A DNA stretch of 35,304 nt from Sphaeroforma arctica JP610 (GCF_001186125.1 NW_014039903.1:17403-52706), one strand, 5' to 3'; shown: positions 12,501-25,122, counted from the stretch's first letter. Numbers and translations are program-made. The notes: generated from the sequence alone by a model not told the origin.

Positions 12501-15500
12501 CTCGCGCATACACTCGGGGGGGACACACTCGCAGCGAATTGACCCAAGCACTCACACCCATGCAGGTGCAGAAGAAGGCGGGGATGAGGGGTGTACTGGT
12601 TCTGGGCTTGAGGTTGGGGGCCTTCCGATGTGTGTGATACGTGCGCTAAACGAACGGTGCGGAGACACCCTCGACAGAATGGGGTGCGGTTTTGCATGCG
12701 AGTGTGGCTGCGAACATGCACGCGACTACAAATGTAAACATAAGTGCAGAAGTATGACTCAGCACAGTGGCAAGGTTTCACTTGGTCGTGGAGATGTAGC
12801 CGCGTACAGTATGACTAGCGATGCACAGTGTCTGGCGACAGAGTCTTCTGCGCCAAACACCTTGCTAGTTGAATGCAGCAGTAGTAAGGAAGGGGAATAT
12901 GGGGGTGAAGCTATCGTTTGTATGCGAAGTGTGCACCCATTTGACCCGAAGTGGGTCGAGTGCCTTGTTCGATACGCGGTTCAAAGCTGCTGTATGATTC
13001 GACACTATTCAGAGGAGAACCACGAGGGCGGTCTTGATAACAGGTCCAATAAACCAGGGGACGAATCAAAATCCTCCGAATCGAAATCGAATTGTTCTGA
13101 TTCGAAACTGGAATGGCCCAACTCCCAGGAGCCTCTCTCTGGGCGCACAGCTGAATGTACGGGCCACAGTCGTACGTGCGATGTGTGTGATTGCTCGCAT
13201 GCTATATGGGCGAATTTCTTGTCTATGCTGTTAAGATCATCGTCTCTAGATTGCACTGTCACCACGCCCTATACACATATCAATACACACTCTGAACACG
13301 CACACACGAACGCGCTATTAGAACTTAACCCGCTGCAGACAATACTTGTGCGTGCCATAAGCGACGGCATAGCGTATGGTGAGCACTTGAGTGACTCACC
13401 CGGGTGTGACCGATTGATCTCTGTTGTGGAAGGCGCTGACTACAACGACAACCGTTACACTGTTGTGTACTCCGAGCGCATCCACATCCAAGACACGCCC
13501 CCGGCAACGGCAGTATCGGAACATCCCACTGAAGCGGTCGCTGGCTTAGATGGAATGTTGTCAAAAGGTGCGTATACGCATACTGGAAAACGAGGGAAAG
13601 AAGTGCATGCCGCGACTTCAGGAGACTCTCGTGGGTGTGTGAGGAAAGGGGTCAGTGGTGTGTCTGATATCGCCAGCGGACCCAAAGTGGTTGAGCTATC
13701 AGCCGACGAAGACAGTGGAGAAGGAGTATTGGAATATAGCGCAATAACAGCACCCGCCAAACTATCCCAAGGGCAATCGTCGGGATCAAACCTGACTGTG
13801 GGTGTGGATGGCGTGAGGGGCTTGAGCAAAGCGCACACGCCGATTGAAAGGTGGGGGTGGGACGGTACGGCTGTTTGGAATGTCCTGCTGAGTGCTCGAG
13901 ACGGGTGCGAGACAACTTGCACATACGCGCGCGCAAGTACAAGCACCAACACATGCCCTTTTACATCAGCTAGCGTCAAATGTAAGGCAACAGAAAAGAG
14001 TATGCACACACCTACAAGGCAAGGCGCGAACTTGTGTACTTGCAATACAGTCCGAGCGCACACAACGTCGGTGTACGGAGTGGTACTGAGGGCGGTGTGT
14101 CGGCATGTTGTGGGTGCATGGAAACATAGTGTGGGCCCAGAGTCTTCCGAAACAGACGCAGTGGGAGGTAGTGGAGTCAAGCAGCCAGATGAAGTGAAGC
14201 ATGATTGGGCGAGAAACATTGAGCGTAGCTTAGACCAGACTCACAGTACCGTGCGGAGACCGCCGGGATGTGAGTCACGTGTACAAATATATGGTGCATC
14301 TGTGAGGCCAAGGTGGGCTGGGTGTATTGCTCCGAGTGCACACACAGGGACACAGGTGGTCCCACATGCGGGGTATTTTGAAACTCTGCTGCACCGAATT
14401 ATGAGCCTACGTCACTACTGGCCACATCACTGTAGGTTGAATGCGAATGACTGTGCGTGCAACTGCGAGACACTCCAGGGGCCGGGAGTAAGCCCTACAG
14501 GCTTGTCTGTATCTGACAGTAAAGGTTTGAGAAACGTTACCGGGAAGAGAGGCAGTAGGGCATACGCTGGATTATTGCAAGCTGGTGAGGGGGTGTCGCT
14601 ATCTCCTAACGAAATAGTTACGATTCGTGATGAGTCTCCTGAGTACGAAGTGCCTTTGGATATATTTATGGAAGAGGTGGTGCACCTAGCACAGGAAAAA
14701 CCGGGCCACAATGCACCCACCGTGATGTTACGGGCTATCGCGGCAATTATCTCCAGCCACCTCACAGGAGATGATCACAACACATCAACCCTGAACCACT
14801 CAACAAATGCGACGAGAGTCACGGCGGCGCATCGAGTTCGCATGGATGCCATTTGTACCACAGTGTTACGTACTCTACTACGGTACACGGGCCAGAGTCT
14901 CAGAGCGGCCGTATCTACGGTCAAAACAGAGTATACAGAAGAGGATACCACTAAGACGAATACGAACGGTGAAGCATTCAAGAAGCCATTGAGTCAACAA
15001 GCAAAAGAGGAGGCTCCTCAAATGTTAGAGGAGCATGGGTTGTTCACCCGGTTATCCCCGCTGCTGCTACTGCGCTGCCTTCCCGTTTGCACGTTCCACG
15101 AGCGCGTAACGAAGAAGCCCTTCTCTTCGTGCGCGAATGACCAAACAAGCCTTACACACCCACCTGAGTCAATCCAAGGAGATAGCCCATGTGATTCGGT
15201 ACCAGCCACACATGCTGAGCGATCAGGGAGTTTGGCGGGCGCACGGGACAGCACCGAGCGCTCTGTTAGCGATACGATGCGCGATCTCATGATGCAATAC
15301 ATTGAGAATGCGTCAGAATACATTGAGACGCGCAAGGTGGCCGCTGAGCTGCTATCGCGCCTGTGCCCAGAGCGAGGCGTATGCGAGAGCCTGGAGACCG
15401 TTGCCAAGCTGATAGGCGAGTACGAGGGGACCGTTGCTACTCTGTTGGGAAGCAGAGCAGAGTCGCACGTGCAAGTAGAGAAGGATACCTCCACATCTAC

Positions 15501-17388
15501 AACTGGGGTGCCAGACACTCAAGCACTGGGCGGAGCGAACGCACGAGCTCGGTCACGACGTCTGTACGATGGACTGGTGACCTCTAAATTGCTGATATAC
15601 ACCTGCAATTTGGCGATAGTCCGGATTTTGAAATCTGGTGCGAGGTCCGATCCTGATCCGAAACCTCACGAGAGCAGCAGCCCGAGTCACTTGCATGACG
15701 CGTCTATCTGTCATCACAGCACCAACAGCCGGTATCTGCCTTTTGCTATATTTCACGCTGCTGCGAAGGTGTTCTCTGCTGCGAGTCCTTGCTCAGAGTG
15801 TCTACCAGTTGAGTCTATCAGGGGCACGAGTATACAGAATGAGCGGCTGCGGCTATATGTAGATCGAGAGTACGGGGACGGATCTGCGAAAGAAACGGCC
15901 GACGCCCTGCGAAAACTTAAGTTGGGTGTATCCGACCTGTTGGGAATCAGCATACTTGCGCTGTCCGAGACCGAGGTGGTACACGAACACATAGCCCCAA
16001 CCCTATCAACAAAGCTACGCTTGCCCTCGGGTATTTCAGCCGAATCGCAAACTCAGGAGAACCCATTAAGCAAAGTGAACACAACGCCAGAACCATTACT
16101 TGGTACACGCAAGACTTCCAATCCATCGGTGGAGCCACACACAGATTGCTCTGCTTCTAGGAACAGTCTCTGCGAATCTGCAGATATGGTCCAGTGGGTA
16201 ATCGCAGCCGTAGCAACTCCCGCCGCACGCGTAAGTAAACGCCACAATTTCACCAGCGGAGAAGATATTTGCTGGGACCGACGGCGCGGCAAGTTCGATG
16301 AGGAAGACAGAAGCCGACAGTCAGGCCTAGATGGTGACATGAGCAAGCATGCGGACAGTGGTGGGGATATGGACACGTGTGCACCGTGGCTGATCTTCGC
16401 GCTGGGGTGTGCGCTGCGTTTGGCAGTAGACAAAGGGTTGTTCGAGCACGCCAGCACCCGCCAGCATACGTTTGAGAGGGTGTGGGCAGAGGCGAAGCCC
16501 TTCCTACTCAGCACCATCTCCGGTTCTCCGGTCTCGAGTTCAGGTGACGCTTTGCAATACATGCATGCCGATGTGGGTGACGCTCCAGCTCGCTCGGATC
16601 CGCAGAGCACCGTGTTGCACACTATAACGGCACAGTCTGTGCTGAAATCGGTAGCCGAGACGCACTACCGCGAAATGACCGACGTAGCACGGGCCAGGCA
16701 TCACCGGACGGGTTACCTACAAGTCCCTGATATGTGGGATATTCTCCGAATCTGCATCCATGTCTTGCATGCACCTCCGCACACCAAGCGGAGCGCAACA
16801 GCTATGTCCTCAGCACACACCGACCTGCAAAATAACGCAATACAACGTAGTCAATCAGTTATCATGGCTACGCGCCAGGAGCGGGAGCGTTTGCAGGGGG
16901 TGGCGGCCACACACTGGGATATTCTCAGCGTGACGATACCTGTACTGCGGTCGCTTTCGGTGGCGAGAACCCGCCGACAGTTTAACGCGTCATCCCCACC
17001 ACTGGAAGCGCTGCGAGGATACCTGGAGAGACTGATTGGTGTGGAACCGGAGCCTCGTGTATGTGCAGATGCACGTATACGATGTAACAGCCTGTGGCAC
17101 ACAAAAGGTGGTCCGAGCTACACTGGCAATAAGGAAGAAGACGATGCCATGAATGGCTCAGAGAATGCAGCCAAATTGCTTGAAGTGGATGCAGATAAAG
17201 TGGTAATGGAGACTACGAGACGACGACTTGTTCTGTACGAGTGGATAGATAGTGTGTCGGTAGTACCGTCGGAGATGCTGCGCTCGTGCGAGCAGTTAGG
17301 CGGCGGGTGGGGTGAGTTGTATGTGGTGAGACCTTCCCTGGTGTTTGCAGCTATGATGAATCTTAAGGCACTGCATGGCATATTGTAG
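6509..17388 (+). CDS. Large (~2424 aa) uncharacterised protein, probable ARM/HEAT-like helical protein with long low-complexity insertions
   Basis: Phase-consistent exons 6509-6764, 7825-8183, 8747-8855, 9533-10221, 11151-11485, 11695-11821 and 11989-17388 total 7275 nt, or 2424 aa plus stop. The last exon lies within the 1828-aa ORF. Motifs LRAVLSCKPRDI, LFTRLSPLLLLRCLP and ETRKVAAELLSRLCP recall, from memory, the plant ARM-repeat family of Arabidopsis At3g57570. Confidence 0.8.
6983..7102. repeat. 60-bp tandem duplication (2 copies, 2 mismatches), intronic
   Basis: atgatagacttcaggtgtttg...gatcactcacg at 6983-7042 and 7043-7102. Confidence 0.95.
10837..10908. repeat. 24-bp perfect tandem repeat x3, intronic
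   Basis: gaatgaccccatgcaaggtgccaa repeated three times with no spacers. Confidence 0.95.
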
Positions 17389-17862
17389 CAGCGCGCATTA
17401 TACTGATCACTGTGTATTGTATACACATTGGTCGGCGCAATTATAGCGCAGCGACAGATTGACACATTGAAAGAGCCAATCTTCCATAGACAATCACCAC
17501 TTTGTGACATGTAGGTACGACCTACGAGGTCATGTAGTTGTTCTCGCCAGCACAAGTATCAAATGGTGCAAGGCGGAAAGCGCAAGGAAATGGGATATAC
17601 AGCTTGTCAATCTGTCTTGTGCGAGTATTTGTTCATCAAAGAATAATGTTAAAATTAAATTTCAGCACGAGAGTGAAAGTGCTCGCACAGAATGTGCTAG
17701 CATTCCAATAATTGCATTATGATGGATAACAACGAATGATAGGATTTCTTTCTAAGGGTTCTGTTTATCGTATTGTATTTGTATCTAGATCTCGTTTTGC
17801 TGCAGCATAGCATTTGATAGTTCAATAGTAGATCAATGGCTACGAATCAAGTAATTTTTCAA

Positions 17863-18010
17863 CCCGAGATGGTTGGGGGTAGAGTAGAGCATACGGTTCA
17901 CGGGGCGATGATGGTTCGGAGTTCGATCCGCCTGTTAAAACTCGTACATAGCTAGGAGTGCATGCCTGCGTAAAGCAGGAGACGTCAACGGTTATGTGTA
18001 CGAAAGTGAG
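17863..18010 (+). other. Possible tRNA-derived SINE head or Pol III-like element
   Basis: B-box-like AGTTCGATCC at 17920-17929 in a CGGA/TCCG stem, a degenerate A-box-like tggttgggggtagag upstream, and a hairpin cctgc-gtaaa-gcagg downstream. No full cloverleaf. Confidence 0.3.
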
Positions 18011-18408
18011 CTCTTTTAAATACGAAAGTAGATGCCACTGCAGCTAATTGGCAGACAGTAGTTGTGAACCCAATTGATGCACAAGCAAACGATGAGCGTA
18101 TGCACACACGAGTAGCACATGTCCAAGCGATGCTTCACCGAGTGGTACATACGATAGCGACTACAAGCAGCGCGAGCGCTGTAGAGCACTGCGTAGCGTG
18201 GTATTGACGGTGGCTGCTATTCCAGTGCAAGGGAAATTAGATAAACATCGCTTGTAACTATCCAGGTAACTGTCAATCCACATATTCTTGCGCTTAAATA
18301 TAGAGATGACTGTTCAATACACAAAGCGACACAAACTTTCTGCGTGTGCTTTCTGATGCGTATGGATGACTGGGTGTGTTGGGACATGCATGTACGCCTG
18401 TATGTGCC

Positions 18409-18708
18409 GTGACATGTGTATGTATTGCTGTGTGTGCCTTGAAATATGTATGGCTGTGTGTGCCGTGAGATTGTATGTAAGACCGCATGTGCCGTCTGAT
18501 GTATGTTTGACTACGCGAGCAGTGACATGTGTATGTATGGCTGTGTGTGCCTTGAAATATGTATGGCTGTGTGTGCCGTGAGATTGTATGTAAGACCGCA
18601 TGTGCCGTCTGATGTATGTTTGACTACGCGAGCAGTGACATGTGTATGTATGGCTGTGCGTGCCTTGAAATATGTATGTATGACTGCGTGTGCCGTGCGA
18701 TATGTATG
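18409..18708. repeat. 113-bp tandem repeat (~2.6 copies) built from ~26-30 bp TG-rich subunits
   Basis: Units begin gtgacatgtgtatg at 18409, 18522 and 18635. The internal subunit is tatgtatggctgtgtgtgcc. Confidence 0.92.
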
Positions 18709-20356
18709 ACTGCTAGAATACATTACATAGTGTCTCGTTGACCACATATGACCATAAGCCTTTTTAAAGGCTATCCGCTACTATTGTTATTATAATGATC
18801 AGTGGTTTGGCTGTGCGTATATTAGCCACATACAAGTCTTTAAGCCGGAATTATTATGTTGCTGTGTGTATATCCTTGCTGCTGCTGCATACTTTTGTTA
18901 TTGATAATCTACTCTTACTTTGTATGTATGTATGATGTTGGGGGATACGTTCTATATTGTTGTTTCTATATGTGGGATTCATAGATAAATAGGATATTCT
19001 TCTAGTTGTATATTGTTGGATCTGGATTGGCCGGCCGACAATGGGATGTTCATGAACTATATGTATCGTGAGCTGGAATGAATGTTGATCTGTTGTAGGC
19101 CACACAGACGCGAAATGTGTGTAGTATTGTCGTGGATAATGGTACATCTGGTGTAAATGGGCGAAGTAATGAATCCGAACAGTCTATGTACGTACTGAGG
19201 TGGCTTTTAGTGAAATACAAATGCTGCTCGCACACTACGTTTTATATTCCTTAGCCGAAAATAGACGCTGCTGCACACCAAACGTTGACGCTTTATTTAA
19301 AAAAAGTTCCTGTACGGCCACCCCAAGATCAAATTGGTTTAAAGCCATTGGTCAATGTATTCAATCGGATCGAGCACTGCGAAGGTAATGCCAGGGTGCG
19401 TGTAGTGGGAATATCCCAGATATAGTATAGTATGTCAGTATGAATGAAGACATATCAATAATACACAGATATAGATATGTACGAATGTACGCTTATGCAT
19501 ATAAATANNNNNNNNNNNNNNNNNNNNNNNNNNNNNNNNNNNNNNNNNNNNNNNNNNNNNNNNNNNNNNNNNNNNNNNNNNNNNNNNNNNNNNNNNNNNN
19601 NNNNNNNNNNNNNNNNNNNNNNNNNNNNNNNNNNNNNNNNNNNNNNNNNNNNNNNNNNNNNNNNNNNNNNNNNNNNNNNNNNNNNNNNNNNNNNNNNNNN
19701 NNNNNNNNNNNNNNNNNNNNNNNNNNNNNNNNNNNNNNNNNNNNNNNNNNNNNNNNNNNNNNNNNNNNNNNNNNNNNNNNNNNNNNNNNNNNNNNNNNNN
19801 NNNNNNNNNNNNNNNNNNNNNNNNNNNNNNNNNNNNNNNNNNNNNNNNNNNNNNNNNNNNNNNNNNNNNNNNNNNNNNNNNNNNNNNNNNNNNNNNNNNN
19901 NNNNNNNNNNNNNNNNNNNNNNNNNNNNNNNNNNNNNNNNNNNNNNNNNNNNNNNNNNNNNNNNNNNNNNNNNNNNNNNNNNNNNNNNNNNNNNNNNNNN
20001 NNNNNNNNNNNNNNNNNNNNNNNNNNNNNNNNNNNNNNNNNNNNNNNNNNNNNNNNNNNNNNNNNNNNNNNNNNNNNNNNNNNNNNNNNNNNNNNNNNNN
20101 NNNNNNNNNNNNNNNNNNNNNNNNNNNNNNNNNNNNNNNNNNNNNNNNNNNNNNNNNNNNNNNNNNNNNNNNNNNNNNNNNNNNNNNNNNNNNNNNNNNN
20201 NNNNNNNNNNNNNNNNNNNNNNNNNNNNNNNNNNNNNNNNNNNNNNNNNNNNNNNNNNNNNNNNNNNNNNNNNNNNNNNNNNNNNNNNNNNNNNNNNNNN
20301 NNNNNNNNNNNNNNNNNNNNNGATATAGTATATAGTACGAATAGTACGTCTTATGC

Positions 20357-20399
<43 letters not shown>

Positions 20400-21020
20400 G
20401 GTTCATATCATCGAAGAACGTGCCAAGTATAAACACTAATTTATATCGTCGAAAAACACCTCGTACCACACCAAACTTTGAGAGAATGCTCACATTGCAG
20501 ACTTATCTCTTTATCATTACTACTGTAAGAGGTGAAATCGTTTTCGCGTGCTGTTCTGCCCAATAATCAGCGTGAACTCTCCTTGACCTCACACTTGTGG
20601 CAAAGCACATTCCTTAGTTGTATTTTGATAGTCCTGTTACAGTGCTACGCCATGGTATGACATATGTTTACATTGCAGCTCGGTGTATTTTTATAAAAGC
20701 AATCGTATTTGACGCAACAATGAAAATTCAGAAAAGCTGTACAGTGACCCGTTGAGTATACCGTTTTGCCCATGCCAGCCATGAGCGAAGCGACATGAAA
20801 AATAAGCCCATTGTCGATCAATTGTAGTGTATCAATATTAAAGAATTCATCATACATTTGGATGCATACTTTTTTTCTTCACGCTTAACTACATCAGTCT
20901 ACCTATTGGTAAACATAAATTTTTAAATAGTCAATGGACCGAAAAAAAGTCGCAGCAAAGTATAATTCGTATATCGTCTGTTGCCTATCTTGTACAAATA
21001 CAAATTTGCCTAAAACGAGT

Positions 21021-21392
21021 CTATACGCACGAGAGTTCAAGGGCTGCACTCATGCCGTCGGTAACCTCGTTAGAGGTGCACTCAGCGCCTTGTTCAAGAG
21101 GGTAGACACCGGCACCTGGGGTGCACTCAGCGTCATCGACCCAGATGTCAACTGTGTAGATACCTCCCTCACATGTAGCTGAGGTGTAGTAAGCTTTCGA
21201 ACCTTTTTTATAGAACTGAAAGCAGCTGCCGTCGACTGGTGTTGTAAAATCGAGAAGAGCCAATCCTGAGCACTCTGTTCCGAGATATGCCTCGGCCTGG
21301 ACCCCGGCGCAGCATTCCTCCTGACGACGGCCCATGGCGGCAGCAGTGGCTGCGAGCACAGCGATGGTTGCATAGGTAGTAGATATTTTCTT
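21021..21392 (-). CDS. Small Cys-rich protein, paralog of 25123-25497; start codon apparently lost (possible pseudogene or alternative start)
   Basis: Open frame KKISTTYATIAVLAATAAAMGRRQEECC...LELSCV*. It is about three-quarters identical to the paralog by manual count, with all 8 Cys kept. AAG at 21392-21390 sits where an initiator is expected and is preceded by an in-frame TAA. The first in-frame Met is at 21335. Confidence 0.75.
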   Translation of the reverse strand, partial: KKISTTYATIAVLAATAAAMGRRQEECCAGVQAEAYLGTECSGLALLDFTTPVDGSCFQFYKKGSKAYYTSATCEGGIYTVDIWVDDAECTPGAGVYPLEQGAECTSNEVTDGMSAALELSCV

Positions 21393-23906
21393 TTAGTTTA
21401 TAATATGAAAGCGTCAATCTGATGATGTGTACCAGTTAGTTTATGTAAGTTACAGCCCTTTCTGAAAGTCGTACATAGCACGGATCAGGATTTGGACAAA
21501 ACATTGAATGTACCTTTATTGACCAGTGGCGCTGGTTGTAGTGGTGGGGAAGAAAGTCATGAAGCGGTAAATTATTAGTCACTGTTGATACGCTGCATAA
21601 ATTGCTTTATTGTAATGAGAGGTTTTGAGTATTTGCTCCTTCTTAGTTTTACTTCATTAGGTTTGTTCTTTATAAAACTGGTATCCAATGGAAAAGATAG
21701 CCAAGATACTGTATTAGTGCAAATAGATTTCAACTTGCTGGTGAATTGGTCTGCTGCATTGTGCAAACTTGAATTGCTTTATTGGTTTGAGCACTACTTC
21801 CTTCTCCGTTTGAATTTTTCCTTATAAGGATTCTTCTTTTTGAAACTGGTATCCGACTGGGTTGGTATATATTTATCACTTTCTGAGGTCGCGAAATGTC
21901 CTTAGACCTAAAAAAAAGGGCTACGTATGTAGAAAATGAAATCATCCTTCCCTCCGAGACCAGATTTTCCCGAGAGGCCCAGGGGCCAGTCGGCAGTCTA
22001 CCAGAGGCCCAGAGTCCAAGACTCCAGAGTCCCAGTCATCAGAGTCCAGGGCCCCATAGGGACATCTTGGTGGAGAATTGCCATTGGGGATTGGAAACGA
22101 GTGAAGACACTTGAGACTCGGGTTTTGGGAGAACCTGATAAAAATTGCTACTGTACCATCGGACACACCCACACGCGAGTCCATCAAATCTCAAAAGACT
22201 CAAATCTGAAATCTGGCGAGTGGAGACAGAAACCGTTCAGGCCTCAGCCCTCATTGATATTCCTGGCGCCTCAATAATAATCCCTTATGGTCTCTAATCT
22301 CTTCCCTATGTGGCTATGTCCTGAGCCTTGGGGTGTCTGCACTCCGGGACTATATGAGCCCTCAGCCTCGGGCCTCGAGGCTCGAGGGTCGAGGCCCTCG
22401 GTCTTGACCTATGCGGATTTGCCCAATCAATTTAATTGATACATGTAAAATGTCGATAAAATATGTATTTACTCCGCATCAATAGTACTTTATTTCTATT
22501 TTTGTTAATACTATATTAGGCTCGGACTTCGTCCGTTTATATAAAGACAGACTGAGTCTGGTGTTTCTATATTTTCCACAGTTTTTCTTTTTGTAAATGT
22601 CTATGTATTTTTACTTTTATTTACTATTTATTATATTGGTTTAAGTCCACAACTATTGCCTATTGACTACATATTGTACATTTAACTTTTGAGTTTTGTA
22701 CATACATTCCATTCTGCCAACTAATTTTTAGAGTAAATATTAGAAAATAAAAACTCTTTTACTACTCTAACTAGAAATGCTCCAATGGACCACATAGCTG
22801 CATCGTAATTGGCCAATATATAATGAAGTGGTATGATAAGTACCGAACATGAAGAGCAGACTATAAAACTTAAACATTAAATGCGGATGCTAGTTGCGCG
22901 AAACCCTAAACCGATATTAGAAATGTGGTATGTATTCGAAAACTGTTTCCAGACTGTTTGATAGTATAAGTCTACTCCAGTCAGGCAAATCAATCTCTTT
23001 GCTGTCGTGTGCACAGCGATGCTTCTGTACACCAACGCAGACGATTTATTTACACAACGGACAAGAACGGCAGCCTATGGAACAACCTGCGTTAGAGGGG
23101 GTATAGGTGGATGTACTCAATCGCAAGGAATACAGCATGTAACCCCAGGTATAGTATATGTACGTTAAAAGACGTTTATGAGTTGGTTAAAGTCTGTATG
23201 GCTGTAGAGAAATTTATAACGTATCGATGTATTAAATGTATAAATGTATATATGTATGAATGCGTTATGTATTAAAATCTTATTAGTATAGGGTAATGTC
23301 GTGCTTGTACACTTACCTCAATAGCAGACAGCACTTCTAAGATGTGTTCGATCGTGAATTCGTGTCGAGGGCCAGGTGATTTGGTTACATTATCGCATAT
23401 AGTTGAACTGTGTCCATGTGCCAAAAAGGCAGTTTTATACATCGCCAAATATGTCACATATATTCATTTTTTTTTCCCTTGCCAACCACATGATTTTGTT
23501 TGCGACACGCGTATATCGAAGTGACTCCAAACACTCTGGCCGTACTGACCATTAAAGGATAGATCGACATTGTCTCCCATAAAATATCGGCAATACAAGA
23601 GATAAAATGTGTTCGCACGTGTACACAATTTTTACCCAATAATTGCGAAAACTTTTCTTGACCAAAACTTTGGGCAGAATTTACTTTTGTTCTCTTTTGA
23701 TAGCCTTATTACGCCGTGGCATAGCCTATATTGAAAGCAATCGTGTTCGATGCAATGGAATAAAACTGTTCCTGAAAAGCATAGACTACAAATAGAACAA
23801 GCCAACCTGCAAACAGTTTTTTTGAATCTGATGACGTTAAATCAATTTTTTTGTTCAAATTGCACAATTATAGCAGCGAACTGAATTTTCAATCAGTACT
23901 GTCCAC

Positions 23907-24017
23907 GGTACAATTCCTATTTCCAGAACTAACCAAGGTACAATTCTTTCTCCTGAACCAACCAAGGTACAATTCTTTCTCCTGAACTAACCAAGGTACA
24001 ATTCTTTCTCCTGAACA
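23907..24017. repeat. 29-30 bp tandem repeat (~3.8 copies)
   Basis: ggtacaattctttctcctgaacyaaccaa units starting at 23907, 23937, 23966 and 23995. Confidence 0.9.
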
Positions 24018-24224
24018 AAGCAATCAATATGTCTGAAATCAAACCGATGAATCTATTTTGTGTCGATATTGGAAAAATAAACTACGAGAAAAGCTGCTCT
24101 CTAAACAACTGAACACTACACGTTTCCGAATATGATTATACTTTTGACACAACACTTTTTGCAGCTTTGTATTCACAATATTTTCACGATAATAAACACC
24201 AATACCAAAACACATTTCTTTTAT

Positions 24225-24765
24225 AAATATATATGTATATATATGTAAATATATATATATATATATACATTATAATATATATATATAATATATATATAAT
24301 AATATATATATATAATATAATATANNNNNNNNNNNNNNNNNNNNNNNNNNNNNNNNNNNNNNNNNNNNNNNNNNNNNNNNNNNNNNNNNNNNNNNNNNNN
24401 NNNNNNNNNNNNNNNNNNNNNNNNNNNNNNNNNNNNNNNNNNNNNNNNNNNNNNNNNNNNNNNNNNNNNNNNNNNNNNNNNNNNNNNNNNNNNNNNNNNN
24501 NNNNNNNNNNNNNNNNNNNNNNNNNNNNNNNNNNNNNNNNNNNNNNNNNNNNNNNNNNNNNNNNNNNNNNNNNNNNNNNNNNNNNNNNNNNNNNNNNNNN
24601 NNNNNNNNNNNNNNNNNNNNNNNNNNNNNNNNNNNNNNNNNNNNNNNNNNNNNNNNNNNNNNNNNTATATTATTATTAAGTAGTTATATAGGTTTATTTA
24701 TTATATATATTATATAGTATATATATTATAGTATATTATAGTAGTAGTACTATATATATATATTA

Positions 24766-24813
<48 letters not shown>

Positions 24814-24975
24814 AATATATGTATGTATATTATATGTATAAATATATGTATTTGTGTATATATGTATTTGTGTATATATGTATATATATATATGTATATA
24901 AATATATGTATATATACATATGCATATATACATATTACACATATGTATATATACATATATATAATATATATTTTT
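24225..24975. repeat. (AT)n/(ATGT)n low-complexity tract flanking an assembly gap (N 24325-24664)
   Basis: Seen directly in the sequence. Other N gaps are at 5352-5399, 19508-20321 and 28589-29074; the last two also abut AT tracts. Confidence 0.95.
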
Positions 24976-25122
24976 ATGTTATGTACTTCAAATTGAGGAT
25001 ATAGGCGCAACTAATGTGTTTTTGAATATTTTGAATTAAAACTCCACGCCATAGTAGTTTACCAGTATCAGCAATTATTTTATTGATATATTGTTTCTTG
25101 CCTATCTCTCGGCAAAGCAAAT

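Noticed and set aside
12138..17555. Numerous antisense and alternate-frame ORFs inside the large exon
   Set aside because: Shadows of a long coding sequence with no recognisable motifs.
17863..17935. Bona fide tRNA gene
   Set aside because: No acceptor stem or proper 5-bp T-stem could be built.
19435..20493. Long ORFs spanning N runs (also 24233-24679 and 28474-29258) and Y/I-rich ORFs at 24750-25010
   Set aside because: Artefacts of assembly gaps and AT microsatellites.
22901..22910. AAACCCTAAA telomere-like/telobox motif (similar at ~5910)
   Set aside because: Single isolated units, expected by chance.
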